Counted from the first letter of the stretch, positions 1 through 11,155 are shown. The stretch is 64,000 bases of DNA from an uncultured Clostridia bacterium (GCA_944332815.1 CALVKQ010000004.1:69319-133318), one strand, 5' to 3'. Numbers and translations: made by a program. The notes: generated by a model from the letters alone, not told the origin.

Positions 1-1125
1 GATGTCGTAGAGGGGGCAGGGTTTGCCGGAGCAGCCGCTGACGGGTTCCATGAAGTGGAAAGTCGCCAGTATGACGCAGGATTCCGTCTGACCGAAGCCC
101 TCGTATATCCTGTGCCCGGTCGCTTCGTAGAATTGCTTGTACACCTCCGAATTGAGCGCCTCGCCTGCCGTTGTGCAATGGGTGAGAGAGCTGAAATCGT
201 AGTGGGACAGGTCCTCTTTCACCAGGAAGCGGTAAATGGTCGGGGGGACGCAGAAGGTGTTTATCTTATATTTGGATATGAGGGGGAGCAGATCCGTCGG
301 GGTGAACCTGCCGTGATAGTCGTAGGCGAACACGGCGCTGCCTGCGATCCATTGTCCGTACAGCTTGCCCCAGCTGCATTTTGCCCAGCCCGTTTCCGCG
401 GAGGTGAAATGCAGACCGTCGTCCACCACTTTCTGCCAGAAACAGGCGTTGAAGACGAACCCTGCCGGGTACTCGAAGTTATGCTGCACCATTTTGGGCA
501 TCCCCGTCGTGCCGGAGGTGAAGTAACAGAGCATGGGATCGTTCCATTCCGGACGGGGGAGAGGGGGCAGTTCCGCGCTCATCTCGCGCACGCAGTCGTC
601 AAAGCATCTGAACCCTTCCACGGGCGTGGTGAACAGGCATTCCTGCAAAGTTTCGCACTTGGGGAGAGCGTGCGAGATGTGCTCGATGACGTCCTCTTCG
701 GAGGTGGCGATAAGCAGTTTCACGCCTGCCGAATTGCAACGGTAGACTATGTCTTTGGGGGTGAGGAGGTGCGTCGCCGGGATGATGACGGCGCCCAGTT
801 TGCAGCAAGCGACGTTCAGCACCCAGTACTCCCACCTGCGGTTGAGCATGGTCATGACGCAGTCGCCCTTTCTGACGCCCTGCGAGAGCAGGAAGTTGAC
901 GGTGCGGTTGCTTGCAAGACTGATGTCGCGGAAGGTCATGATCTTCTCTTCGCCTGCGGCGTTGCACCATACGAGCGCGCGCTTTTCGGGGGCAAGACGC
1001 GCGTATTCGTCCACCACATCGTAGCCGAAATTGAAGTGTTCGGGGACGGAGAACTTCACATTGGCGGCGAAATCGTCGTAATTTGTGAAATCCGTGCGGT
1101 TGAGGAACTTGTGGAGCAGATTCAT
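1..1125 (-). CDS. AMP-forming acyl-CoA synthetase / AMP-binding enzyme; 3' end runs off the window, N-terminal 375 codons present
   Basis: My own minus-strand translation from the ATG at 1125..1123 gives MNLLHKFLNRTDFTNYDDF... It contains the AMP-binding signature YFTSGTTGMPK and YEGFGQTE. It is absent from the ORF track because it is open to the window edge. The listed 55..1251 + ORF is its antisense shadow. Confidence 0.85.
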   Translation of the reverse strand, partial: MNLLHKFLNRTDFTNYDDFAANVKFSVPEHFNFGYDVVDEYARLAPEKRALVWCNAAGEEKIMTFRDISLASNRTVNFLLSQGVRKGDCVMTMLNRRWEYWVLNVACCKLGAVIIPATHLLTPKDIVYRCNSAGVKLLIATSEEDVIEHISHALPKCETLQECLFTTPVEGFRCFDDCVREMSAELPPLPRPEWNDPMLCYFTSGTTGMPKMVQHNFEYPAGFVFNACFWQKVVDDGLHFTSAETGWAKCSWGKLYGQWIAGSAVFAYDYHGRFTPTDLLPLISKYKINTFCVPPTIYRFLVKEDLSHYDFSSLTHCTTAGEALNSEVYKQFYEATGHRIYEGFGQTESCVILATFHFMEPVSGCSGKPCPLYDI

Positions 1126-1312
1126 AATGACCTTCTTTGCGTGTATTCTGTGTGGGCGCGTACCGTTTCCGCCCGGGAGGGCATGACCGCGCCCGTTTAT
1201 AAACATTTAATGTATGATATCATAACTGCGCGCATTTGTGTAGCGTTTTGAAAAAATATTTGCCTACTGCGCGGCGTTATGGTAGAATTACGTAGTTATA
1301 AGGAGATACGTC

Positions 1313-1759
1313 ATGCAGGATAACGAGAAACAAGTGCTTGCCGCACTCGTGCAGCTGACGGGCACAGGGGACACTTTCAAGGTGCTGGAAGCGGACGAGA
1401 TCCTCGGCAGACTGCCCGAAGGGACGGTCATGGACAAACAGGCTCTCGGTGCGGTGATACGCGAACTTCGCGGCACGGGATATCTTGACGTGAAATATCT
1501 GACGCCCGACGAGTACTGCCTCCTGGTGTCGCCCCGTGCGGAAGAGGCGCTCCGTCCTCCGCGCGAGGAAGAACCGAGATCCGCCGATACGCCGCAGACG
1601 CCCGTTCCGCAGCGCAACGAAGAAACAGTGCGCAAAAAGGCTCGGGAATATGATGCCAAGACCGCGCCGAAGCTGTTCGCGATAGCGTTCGCAGGCAGTA
1701 TGCTGGGCGGTATGATAGTGGCGGCGTTGGCGATAATATTGCAAAAATTCGCGCTTTAA
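1313..1759 (+). CDS. Hypothetical protein, winged-helix-like N-terminus plus a single C-terminal transmembrane helix
   Basis: 148-aa ORF with an AGGAG-type RBS (taaggagatacgtcATG). The C-terminus LFAIAFAGSMLGGMIVAALAIILQ is hydrophobic. The architecture matches the next ORF. Confidence 0.6.
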   Translation: MQDNEKQVLAALVQLTGTGDTFKVLEADEILGRLPEGTVMDKQALGAVIRELRGTGYLDVKYLTPDEYCLLVSPRAEEALRPPREEEPRSADTPQTPVPQRNEETVRKKAREYDAKTAPKLFAIAFAGSMLGGMIVAALAIILQKFAL

Positions 1760-1817
1760 CAAGTTGAAACGGAGTGAAAAACTCCGTTTTGTGTCACAAT
1801 AGGAGGGCAGCAAAGTC

Positions 1818-2212
1818 ATGGCGCTGGAAAGGCAACACGTCCTCACCAAAAAGGAGCGCGCGGTCATGCGCGTGGTGTACGGAGCCGCCGACAAGAAGTC
1901 GGGGGTGTGTTTGCTTTCTCCTCTCGATCTGTTCCGGCGCATACCTTTGGACCTCGATTTCGACGAGGAGGAGCTGGACGCCACTCTTTGCAGCCTGGAA
2001 TTGGACGACTATTTCGACATCACCCGTTCGGACAAAAAGGGGGAGCTGGTCTATTGCATCAATATGCACAGGAAAGGGCTGGCTTATGCGCGCGTCGAGA
2101 AGGCGTTCAAGAGCAACCTCAAATTCAAGATACTGCTCGCGCTTGCGGGCGGAGTTTGCTCCGGCGCCGCCGCCTGGGGCATAAAGGTGTTGATCCAGCA
2201 GCTTTCGGGACT

Positions 2213-2216
<4 letters not shown>
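1818..2216 (+). CDS. Hypothetical protein, winged-helix-like N-terminus plus a C-terminal transmembrane helix; architecturally like 1313..1759
   Basis: 132-aa ORF with the C-terminal TM segment [22 protein letters not shown]. Its stop overlaps the uvrB start (ATGA at 2213..2216). Confidence 0.6.
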
Positions 2217-4171
<1,955 letters not shown>

Positions 4172-4213
4172 CATAGCGCGCGCATGACCGCGTGCCACCG
4201 AAAAAAACGTAAA

Positions 4214-7036
4214 ATGAAAGAGATATTCATAAAAGGCGCAAAGGAAAATAACCTTAAAAATATCGACTTGGAGATACCGCGCGACAAGCTGGTGGTGTTC
4301 ACCGGGCTTTCGGGCAGCGGCAAGTCTTCGCTTGCCTTCGATACCATTTTCGCAGAGGGGCAGCGCAGGTATATGGAGAGTCTGTCCAGCTATGCGCGCC
4401 AGTTCCTCGGGCAGATGCAGAAGCCGGACGTGGAGTATATCGAAGGGCTTTCGCCGGCGGTGTCCATAGACCAGAAGACCACTTCGCATAACCCCCGTTC
4501 CACCGTGGGCACGGTGACGGAGATATACGATTATATGCGTCTTTTGTTTGCGCGCGCCGGGCTGCCTCACTGCCCGAAGTGCGGCAAGGAGATAGTCAGG
4601 CAGACGGTGGATCAGATCGCCGACCGCATCCTTGCGCGCACGGGCGCAAAACTGCAAGTGATAGCCCCCGTCGTCAGGGGGAGGAAGGGCGAGTACGTCA
4701 AGCAGCTGGAAACGTACAAGCGCGCAGGGTTCGCGCGTGTGCGCGTTGACGGCATAAATTATACGCTGGACGAGCAGATAGACCTCGACAAAAACGTCAA
4801 GCACGACATCGGCGTGGTGGTGGACAGGCTGGTCGTCAAAGAGGGGATAAACCGCAGGCTAACAGAGGCGTTGGAAACCGCCGTCAAACTTGCCGACGGG
4901 TTGGTGGTCGCCGACTACGACGGCGAGGAGGTGCTGTATTCCACCAAATACGCCTGCCCCGATTGCGAGATAAGCATCGAGGAGCTCACTCCCAGGCTGT
5001 TTTCTTTCAACAATCCATACGGCGCGTGTCCCGTGTGCGCAGGGTTGGGCTTCACCAACGAGATAGACGTCAAGAAGCTCATCGCGGACCCCAACGCCAC
5101 TTTGCGCGAGGGCGGCATCAGGGCGAGCGGCTGGTATATCGACACCGGGAAAATGACGCAGATGCAGTTCCGCGCTCTGTCCAAAGAGTACGGTTTTTCG
5201 CTGGACGTGCCCGTCAAAGACCTGCCCCAAAGCGTGCTGGACCTCATCTTTTACGGCAACGGCGGCGACAAGATACCCATGGAATACGTCACGGGGTCTT
5301 TCAGCGGCAAGTTTCACGGCGCGTACGAAGGCATAGCAAACAATCTCCTCCGCCGCTTCAACGAAACGGATTCCGAAATGGTGAAGATGGAGATATCACG
5401 CTACATGAAGCAGGTGCCGTGCACGGTGTGCGGAGGCAAACGCCTGAAACCCGAGGCGCTCAGCGTCACGATAGGCGGCAAAAACATCTACGAACTGTGC
5501 TGTATGACGGTGACGGAACTTGCTGAGTTCCTTGCCGCGGTGCCGTTTACGGGCACGCAGCAGTTGATCGTCAGGAGGTTGCTCAAAGAGATAAACGCGC
5601 GTCTGCGCTTCCTTTCGGACGTGGGGCTCGGGTATCTCACGCTCGCGCGCTCGTCCTCCTCGCTGTCGGGCGGCGAGAGCCAGCGTATAAGGCTCGCCAC
5701 GCAGATAGGCAGCGGACTCACGGGAGTGCTTTACATTCTGGACGAGCCCAGCATAGGGCTGCATCAAAAGGACAACCGCAAGCTGCTCAATTCCCTCAAA
5801 GGGCTGCGCGACCTGGGCAACACGCTCATCGTCGTCGAACATGACGAGGAAACCATCAAAGAGGCGGACTACATCGTGGACATAGGCCCCGGCGCCGGCG
5901 TGCACGGCGGAGAGGTCGTTGCGGCAGGGAACGTGGAGGACCTCATCGCCGAGCCGCGTTCCGTCACGGGCAAGTATCTGTCCGGTGAATATAAGATAGC
6001 GGTGCCCGAGATGCGCCGCCCCGTCACCGACCGCAGATTGGTGTTGAAAGGCGTGAGGCAAAATAATCTAAAAGGCGAGGACGTGTCTTTCCCCGTCGGT
6101 GTGTTCACGGCGGTGACGGGCGTGTCCGGCAGCGGCAAATCCTCGCTGGTCAACGAGATACTTTATCCTGCCATGTCCAACAGACTTATGCGCAGCAGCC
6201 TGCCCGAAGGGGAATACGACGGCATAGAAGGCGTGGAGTTTTTCGACAAGGTCATAGCCATCGACCAAAGCCCGATAGGCAGGACGCCGCGTTCCAACCC
6301 TGCGACGTACACGGACGTGTTCACGCCCATACGCGAGCTGTTCGCCGCGCTTCCCGACGCCAAGGCAAGGGGTTATAAGTCGGGCAGGTTCTCGTTCAAC
6401 GTGTCGGGCGGCAGGTGCGAGAACTGCCACGGCGACGGCATAATCAAGATAGAGATGCACTTCCTGCCCGATATATACGTGCCCTGCGAAGTGTGCAAAG
6501 GCGCGCGCTATAACAGAGAAACTCTCGAAGTGCGCTATAAGGGCAAGAACATTTCCGAAGTGCTGGATATGACCGTGGAGGAAGCGCTGGACTTTTTCAA
6601 AAACGTGCCGCGCATCCGTTCGAGGATACAGACGCTTTACGACGTCGGGCTCGGCTATATAAAACTGGGACAGTCCTCCACGACACTCTCAGGCGGCGAG
6701 GCGCAGAGGGTCAAACTCGCCACGGAACTCAGCAAACGCAGCACGGGCAAGACGCTCTACATCCTGGACGAGCCCACCACGGGGCTGCATACGCACGACG
6801 TCAGCAAACTGCTCGCCATCCTCGACAGACTTGCGGACGCAGGCAACACCATCATCGTTATAGAGCACAATCTCGACGTCATCAAAAAGGCGGACTACAT
6901 CATCGACCTGGGGCCGGACGGCGGAAACGGCGGCGGCAGAGTGATAGCGGAAGGGACTCCCGAGGAAGTGGCAAAGAGCAGGACGAGCTATACGGCGGAG
7001 TTTTTGAGGCAGATACTCCCGGGAGCAAAAGATTGA
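4214..7036 (+). CDS. uvrA: Excinuclease ABC subunit A
   Basis: [22 protein letters not shown]...; two ABC modules ([23 protein letters not shown] and [15 protein letters not shown]) and zinc-finger Cys pairs. The start at 4214 is preferred over 4184. Confidence 0.97.
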   Translation: MKEIFIKGAKENNLKNIDLEIPRDKLVVFTGLSGSGKSSLAFDTIFAEGQRRYMESLSSYARQFLGQMQKPDVEYIEGLSPAVSIDQKTTSHNPRSTVGTVTEIYDYMRLLFARAGLPHCPKCGKEIVRQTVDQIADRILARTGAKLQVIAPVVRGRKGEYVKQLETYKRAGFARVRVDGINYTLDEQIDLDKNVKHDIGVVVDRLVVKEGINRRLTEALETAVKLADGLVVADYDGEEVLYSTKYACPDCEISIEELTPRLFSFNNPYGACPVCAGLGFTNEIDVKKLIADPNATLREGGIRASGWYIDTGKMTQMQFRALSKEYGFSLDVPVKDLPQSVLDLIFYGNGGDKIPMEYVTGSFSGKFHGAYEGIANNLLRRFNETDSEMVKMEISRYMKQVPCTVCGGKRLKPEALSVTIGGKNIYELCCMTVTELAEFLAAVPFTGTQQLIVRRLLKEINARLRFLSDVGLGYLTLARSSSSLSGGESQRIRLATQIGSGLTGVLYILDEPSIGLHQKDNRKLLNSLKGLRDLGNTLIVVEHDEETIKEADYIVDIGPGAGVHGGEVVAAGNVEDLIAEPRSVTGKYLSGEYKIAVPEMRRPVTDRRLVLKGVRQNNLKGEDVSFPVGVFTAVTGVSGSGKSSLVNEILYPAMSNRLMRSSLPEGEYDGIEGVEFFDKVIAIDQSPIGRTPRSNPATYTDVFTPIRELFAALPDAKARGYKSGRFSFNVSGGRCENCHGDGIIKIEMHFLPDIYVPCEVCKGARYNRETLEVRYKGKNISEVLDMTVEEALDFFKNVPRIRSRIQTLYDVGLGYIKLGQSSTTLSGGEAQRVKLATELSKRSTGKTLYILDEPTTGLHTHDVSKLLAILDRLADAGNTIIVIEHNLDVIKKADYIIDLGPDGGNGGGRVIAEGTPEEVAKSRTSYTAEFLRQILPGAKD

Positions 7037-7065
7037 AACACGAAAAGTATTATCCCAAAAGAGTA

Positions 7066-7097
7066 AAAAGAAAGCGCGCCGCAGGGCGCGCTTTTTA
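7066..7097. terminator. Bidirectional intrinsic terminator between the convergent uvrA and XRE genes
   Basis: Hairpin aaagcgcgcc-gcag-ggcgcgcttt flanked by an A-run upstream and a T-run downstream. Confidence 0.7.
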
Positions 7098-7132
7098 AGA
7101 TCCGGTCTTTGACGGGCGGCAGAGCGGACGGG

Positions 7133-7345
7133 TCAGTAGTTCCTTCTGCCGATAAGATAGTCCACGCTCACACCGAAAAGTATGCTCATTTCTATGAGTA
7201 TATCGTAGCTGGGCTGGTTCCTTCCCACCTCCCAGCCCGACACGGCGGACTTGGACACTTTGAAGTGAGCGGCAAGATCCGCTTGCAGCATACCGTTGTC
7301 ACGACGCAGTTGTTTGAGCCTTTCGGGGAAACAGGTTTTCAGCAT
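7133..7345 (-). CDS. XRE-family helix-turn-helix transcriptional regulator (70 aa)
   Basis: LKQLRRDNGMLQADLAAHFKVSKSAVSGWEVGRNQPSYDILIEMSILFGVSVDYLIG is a typical Cro/C1 HTH. Confidence 0.85.
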   Translation of the reverse strand: MLKTCFPERLKQLRRDNGMLQADLAAHFKVSKSAVSGWEVGRNQPSYDILIEMSILFGVSVDYLIGRRNY

Positions 7346-7362
7346 ATCACACCTCTTTTGTG

Positions 7363-7419
7363 CACGTTAAGTGTATTATACCCTCGTCGCCGCGATTTGT
7401 CAACACACGATAAGTGTAT
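7363..7419 (-). promoter_or_regulatory. Consensus sigma-70-type promoter of the XRE gene, bracketed by two 14-nt direct repeats (candidate operators)
   Basis: On the minus strand: TTGACA (7403..7398), 17-nt spacer, TATAAT (7380..7375). The repeats are ATACACTTATCGTG (7419..7406) and ATACACTTAACGTG (7376..7363). Confidence 0.6.
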
Positions 7420-7584
7420 ATTTAAGATTCCGGACAGGGCGGCGCAGGGGCGTAGTGCGGACGTGAGGTCATATGAGCATATGCCGCCGCGGCTGGGGTT
7501 TTATACAAGGGTGCGATATGTCCGTGCGGACATATGCACAACCGTGCGGCGTTCGTCGCGTGTGCACACTCCGACATATGTGCC

Positions 7585-7618
7585 TAAGAAAACGGGCTTC
7601 ACCGAAAGGGAAGCCCGT
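7585..7618 (-). terminator. Intrinsic terminator downstream of the P-type ATPase gene
   Basis: On the minus strand: ACGGGCTTC-cctttcggt-GAAGCCCGT followed by TTTCTTAGG. Confidence 0.6.
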
Positions 7619-7698
7619 CAGCGCATATGCGCATTTCGCAAGATGAAGGATGGGGCGTGCCCGTGCCCGTTTTGCCCGATGTCCCGTTCGGGAGCCGT

Positions 7699-9648
7699 TT
7701 ATGCCGCCGTTCGGGCTTTTAACGCTTGACGGGAGGGCTTTTCCGCGTATTTTCCGTTCACGCGCATGGCGTTGAGGATGGCTATGACCGCTACACCCAC
7801 GTCGCCGAACACCGCCAGCCACATATTCGCGAGCCCTATCGCGGTCAGCACGAGTATCGCCGCCTTTACGATGATGGAGAAGAGGATGTTCTCGTACACC
7901 ACGCACATGGTCTTGCGTGCTATGCGTTTGGCGAGGGGGATGCCGCGGAGGTCGTCGCGCATCAAAACGATGTCAGAGGCTTCTATCGCGGCGTCGCTGC
8001 CTACTCCTCCCATGGCGATGCCGACGTCCGAGCGCATGAGCACGGGCGCGTCGTTTATGCCGTCGCCCACGAAACAAAGCACGTCGCGTTTGCGCTTTTC
8101 TGCGAGGGCGCGCTCCACCTCTTCCACCTTGTTTTGGGGCAGTAGGGAGGCTTTGAACGAGCTCACTCCTATCTCTTCCGCCACGCTGCTCGCGATGTGT
8201 TCGTTATCTCCCGTCAGCATCACGGTCTTGCAACCGAGCGAGTTGAGGTGGGAGATGACTTCGCGCGTTTCCTCTTTGATCTCGTCGGCGACCAGCACGG
8301 AGCCCACGAATTTGCCGTTTTCCGCCACATACACCACCGTGCCTGCGCCCGTTTCGGGGAGGAACTCCACTCCGTGGGCGCGCATGAGTTTCTCGTTGCC
8401 GCACAGCACTTGTTTCCCGTCCTTGACCGCGACGACGCCCATGCCTGCCTCGTTCGTCAGCACATAGCCTTCCTCGGGCGTACCGCCGAAGGCAGCCACC
8501 ACCGAACGCGCTATCGGATGAGAGGAGTCCTTTTCCGCCGCGGCGGCTAGGGCGAGTATCCTCTCGCGGTCGCTTTCGGGGGACACTTTCACCACCGCGA
8601 AATTGCCTTTTGTCAGAGTGCCCGTCTTGTCGAACACGAATATGTCCGCTTTGTCGAACTTTTCAAGATAGTTGGAGCCTTTTACCAGCACGCCCAGCTT
8701 TGACGCCGCGCCTATGCCGGCAAAGAAGGAGAGTGGGACGGAGATGACGAGCGCGCAGGGACAGGATACGACCAGGAAACTGAGCGCGCGGTAGACCCAC
8801 TCCTGCCAGTTGCCAGTGACCGCGCCCGGGATGACGGCGAGCAGCAACGCCGCGCCGACGACGACGGGAGTGTACCAACGCGCGAATTTGGTGATGAAAT
8901 TCTCCGCTTTGGACTTCTGTTCCGCCGCATTTTCCACGAGGTCGAGGATCTTTGATACGGTGGAATCGTGAAACTCCTTTTCCACGCACACTTCGATGTG
9001 CGAATTCACGTTCACCGAACCGCTCACCACGCTGTCGCCGACGGTTATCTCGCGCGGCAGCGATTCCCCGGTCAGAGCGCGCGTATCCAGGGAGGAGCTC
9101 CCCAGCGTCACTCTGCCGTCCAACGGGACTTTTTCGCCGGGGTTCACGACGACGATCTCCCCCACTTTGACCTCCGACGGGTCCACCGAAAGGGTCTTCC
9201 CGTCGCGCAGCACGTTCGCGCTGTCCGGGCGGATGTCCATGAGCGCGGAGATGGACTTTCGGGACCTGCCCGTGGCGTAGTCCTGGAAGAATTCCCCGAC
9301 CTGATAGAAGAGCAGAACAGCGCAGCCCTCGTCAAAGCCCTCGGGGGCAAGCCCCGACGCGCCCGTATATATCGCAAGCGCGAATGCGCCCAGCGTGGCG
9401 ATGCACATCAGGAAGTTCTCGTCCAGCATCTGCCCGTGCAGTATGCCGCGCAGGGCGCGCCACAAAACGTCGTAGCCTATCGCGGCGTACACGGCGAGGT
9501 AGAGCGCAAAGGGCAGCAGCCAGCCGTACTTGCCGCCGATAACGCCCACCAGACCGCCGCTAAGCGTTTTGTCGGCGATGAAGACGGCAAAGAATGCCGC
9601 AAGACACATTATGATGCGTATGAGTTGTTTTTTCTGGTCGTGTGTCAT
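7699..9648 (-). CDS. Heavy-metal-translocating P1B-type ATPase (Zn/Cd/Co-type signature), with no fused N-terminal metal-binding domain
   Basis: Motifs present: CPC (VVSCPCALVISVP), DKTGTLT, SSHPIA, GDGINDAP. TM7/8 carry an N..K and DVG pattern like ZntA/CadA rather than the Cu-type MSxST. Confidence 0.93.
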   Translation of the reverse strand: MTHDQKKQLIRIIMCLAAFFAVFIADKTLSGGLVGVIGGKYGWLLPFALYLAVYAAIGYDVLWRALRGILHGQMLDENFLMCIATLGAFALAIYTGASGLAPEGFDEGCAVLLFYQVGEFFQDYATGRSRKSISALMDIRPDSANVLRDGKTLSVDPSEVKVGEIVVVNPGEKVPLDGRVTLGSSSLDTRALTGESLPREITVGDSVVSGSVNVNSHIEVCVEKEFHDSTVSKILDLVENAAEQKSKAENFITKFARWYTPVVVGAALLLAVIPGAVTGNWQEWVYRALSFLVVSCPCALVISVPLSFFAGIGAASKLGVLVKGSNYLEKFDKADIFVFDKTGTLTKGNFAVVKVSPESDRERILALAAAAEKDSSHPIARSVVAAFGGTPEEGYVLTNEAGMGVVAVKDGKQVLCGNEKLMRAHGVEFLPETGAGTVVYVAENGKFVGSVLVADEIKEETREVISHLNSLGCKTVMLTGDNEHIASSVAEEIGVSSFKASLLPQNKVEEVERALAEKRKRDVLCFVGDGINDAPVLMRSDVGIAMGGVGSDAAIEASDIVLMRDDLRGIPLAKRIARKTMCVVYENILFSIIVKAAILVLTAIGLANMWLAVFGDVGVAVIAILNAMRVNGKYAEKPSRQALKARTAA

Positions 9649-9652
9649 GATG

Positions 9653-9871
9653 TCAGATGCGCACCTTGCAGTCGGGCTCCACTCGGCGGCACTTTTTCAC
9701 CGCCTGTTTGAGTATGTCGTCAAATCTCTCGTCGTCGGCGTCCAACACCATCCGCTGCGTGATGAAACTCACGCTTACGTGATGTACACCGTCTATCCCT
9801 GCGACGGCGCGCTCCATTTTTGCCGCACAGTTGGCGCAGTCCAGACCCACCAGTTCAAATGTCTTTTTCAT
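9653..9871 (-). CDS. Stand-alone heavy-metal-associated (HMA) domain protein, 72 aa
   Basis: MKKTFELVGLDCANCAAKMERAVAGIDGVHHVSVSF... has the CxxC metal-binding motif. The internal ATG at 9871 was chosen. The stop at 9653 lies 4 nt before the ATPase start at 9648. Confidence 0.8.
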   Translation of the reverse strand: MKKTFELVGLDCANCAAKMERAVAGIDGVHHVSVSFITQRMVLDADDERFDDILKQAVKKCRRVEPDCKVRI

Positions 9872-9933
9872 GTCCTTTTCCTTTTGTCCGCCGATGCGGA
9901 CGCGAAGTCGTAAATAAGTCCTTGATGACGATA

Positions 9934-10275
9934 TCACTCGTTTACGTGCGTAAGTGTGACGTTAAACACGGTGTTTATGTGATCGTCGCTCAAAGAATAG
10001 TATTTCACTTTGCCTGCCTGACGCACGCTCACGACCGCGTTTTTGCGCAGCACCGCAAGCTGATGCGACACCGCGGAGTGTTCCATGCCGAGCAGAGCAG
10101 CCAGGTCGCATACGCACAGTTCGCCCATGAGCAGAGCGTTGACGATGCGCAGCCGGGTCGGGTCGGCGACCACTTTCAAAAATGCGGACATCCTGTCCAA
10201 AGTCTGCGGAGCCTGCATCCCTCTTGCGACCTCTTCCACCTTTTCGGGATGCACGGTGCACTGATGATAAGCCAT
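9934..10275 (-). CDS. ArsR/SmtB-family metalloregulator (CadC-like)
   Basis: MAYHQCTVHPEKV...LKVVADPTRLRIVNALLMGELCVCDLAALLGMEHSAVSHQLAVLR has the ELCVCDL metal-site motif and a wHTH. RBS ggaaggagag lies upstream of the ATG at 10275. Confidence 0.9.
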   Translation of the reverse strand: MAYHQCTVHPEKVEEVARGMQAPQTLDRMSAFLKVVADPTRLRIVNALLMGELCVCDLAALLGMEHSAVSHQLAVLRKNAVVSVRQAGKVKYYSLSDDHINTVFNVTLTHVNE

Positions 10276-10308
10276 AGTTCTCTCCTTCCGACATATTTCC
10301 GATAACAC

Positions 10309-10343
10309 ATGAACGCACGTTCATATGAACCGTCATTCATATG
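10309..10343 (-). promoter_or_regulatory. Candidate ArsR/CadC operator: two overlapping inverted repeats upstream of the regulator gene
   Basis: ATGAACG-ca-CGTTCAT (10309..10324) and CATATGAA-ccgtca-TTCATATG (10322..10343), 35-70 nt upstream of the start codon. Confidence 0.45.
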
Positions 10344-10380
10344 ATATGCCCGTCGTCGGCATAAGTCAAGTATTATCGCG

Positions 10381-10760
10381 AATTTCCGTAAATAAAATTT
10401 CCCCGCATCGGGGAGGAGGAGCTGCAGTCCCCTGACATGGGAATATTGTTCCCCCACCTTCCCTTCGGGCTTTCCTCCCCCACTCGGTAAGAGTTCAGCC
10501 CCCCTAAAATGCGGGATATACTTTCCGTCCATTTTGATAAAGTTTTAGTATCGCATAGAGATAATCAAGCGGCGAACAGAATAAACTAAACATCGCTCGC
10601 GGGGAGAGGAAGGCGACTCGACGCGCACGGCGCCCGTGTCTACTTAATTATCCGTCTGGCTTGCGAGGTCGCATTTCGCGCCGCGGCGTTCACGCGGCGG
10701 CAACGCCGCCTGTGAACGCTTGGGTGAGCGGCGCGTAATTCCGTCTTCGAAAGAGAAACG
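10381..10760 (-). repeat. Partial inverted copy of the modular hairpin-repeat family also seen at 28336-29305 and 39807-40644 (G-rich module plus the ACGCGCCGC hairpin module; lacks the 250-nt core)
   Basis: The reverse complement contains ttcgaagacggaattACGCGCCGCtcacccaa...GCGGCGCG and ccgagtgggggagga..cccgaagggaaggtgggggaacaatattcccatgtcaggggactgc. Both match modules in the other two loci. Confidence 0.7.
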
Positions 10761-10813
10761 TCGCGTTCGAGGCGAACGACCGTATTTTTGCGAGGCGAAG
10801 AGCAGGCGCAGGT

Positions 10814-11093
10814 ATGCCAGACCGGAATAATACGAACCGGGTCCTGCGCCGCCGATTTCCGCATGAACCGCGTCATTCGCCTTGCTAATACGATGGGGTA
10901 TTAGCGGCACCGACTTCCTTGTTCAATCAAAAATCGGCTGGCGCAGAACTGCTCGCACCTCAGAGCAAGAGATTTTCGGATGATTGTGTACAGGCGGAAC
11001 GCAGGCAATAGTATACATATTGGCAAGGTTCGGCTGTGCAAAAGCGCCGAAAAGAATTGCTCCGAGGCAGGTTCGTATAATTCCGGTCTGGCA
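10814..11093 (+). mobile_element. MITE-like non-autonomous element, copy 1 (280 bp, 25-nt terminal inverted repeats, no ORF)
   Basis: Left end ATGCCAGACCGGAATAATACGAACC; right end GGTTCGTATAATTCCGGTCTGGCAT. It aligns along its whole length with 33480..33760. Confidence 0.7.
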
Positions 11094-11103
11094 TAAAAGC
11101 AAG

Positions 11104-11128
11104 AAACCCACGGGGGTGCCGTGGGTTT
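11104..11128. terminator. Hairpin terminator downstream of the ABC gene at 11156..14485
   Basis: aaacccacgg-gggtg-ccgtgggttt with T-rich flanks on both strands. Confidence 0.55.
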
Positions 11129-11155
11129 TGAGCGAAGAGTGCCTTGCGCCTGCGA

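Noticed and set aside
7109-7729. 206-aa + ORF and 145-aa - ORF (7469..7906) in the XRE/ATPase intergenic region, considered as a possible toxin partner for the XRE protein.
   Set aside because: The + ORF is antisense to the XRE gene and its promoter. The - ORF overlaps the ATPase 3' end and terminator. Neither has an RBS or a toxin-like sequence.
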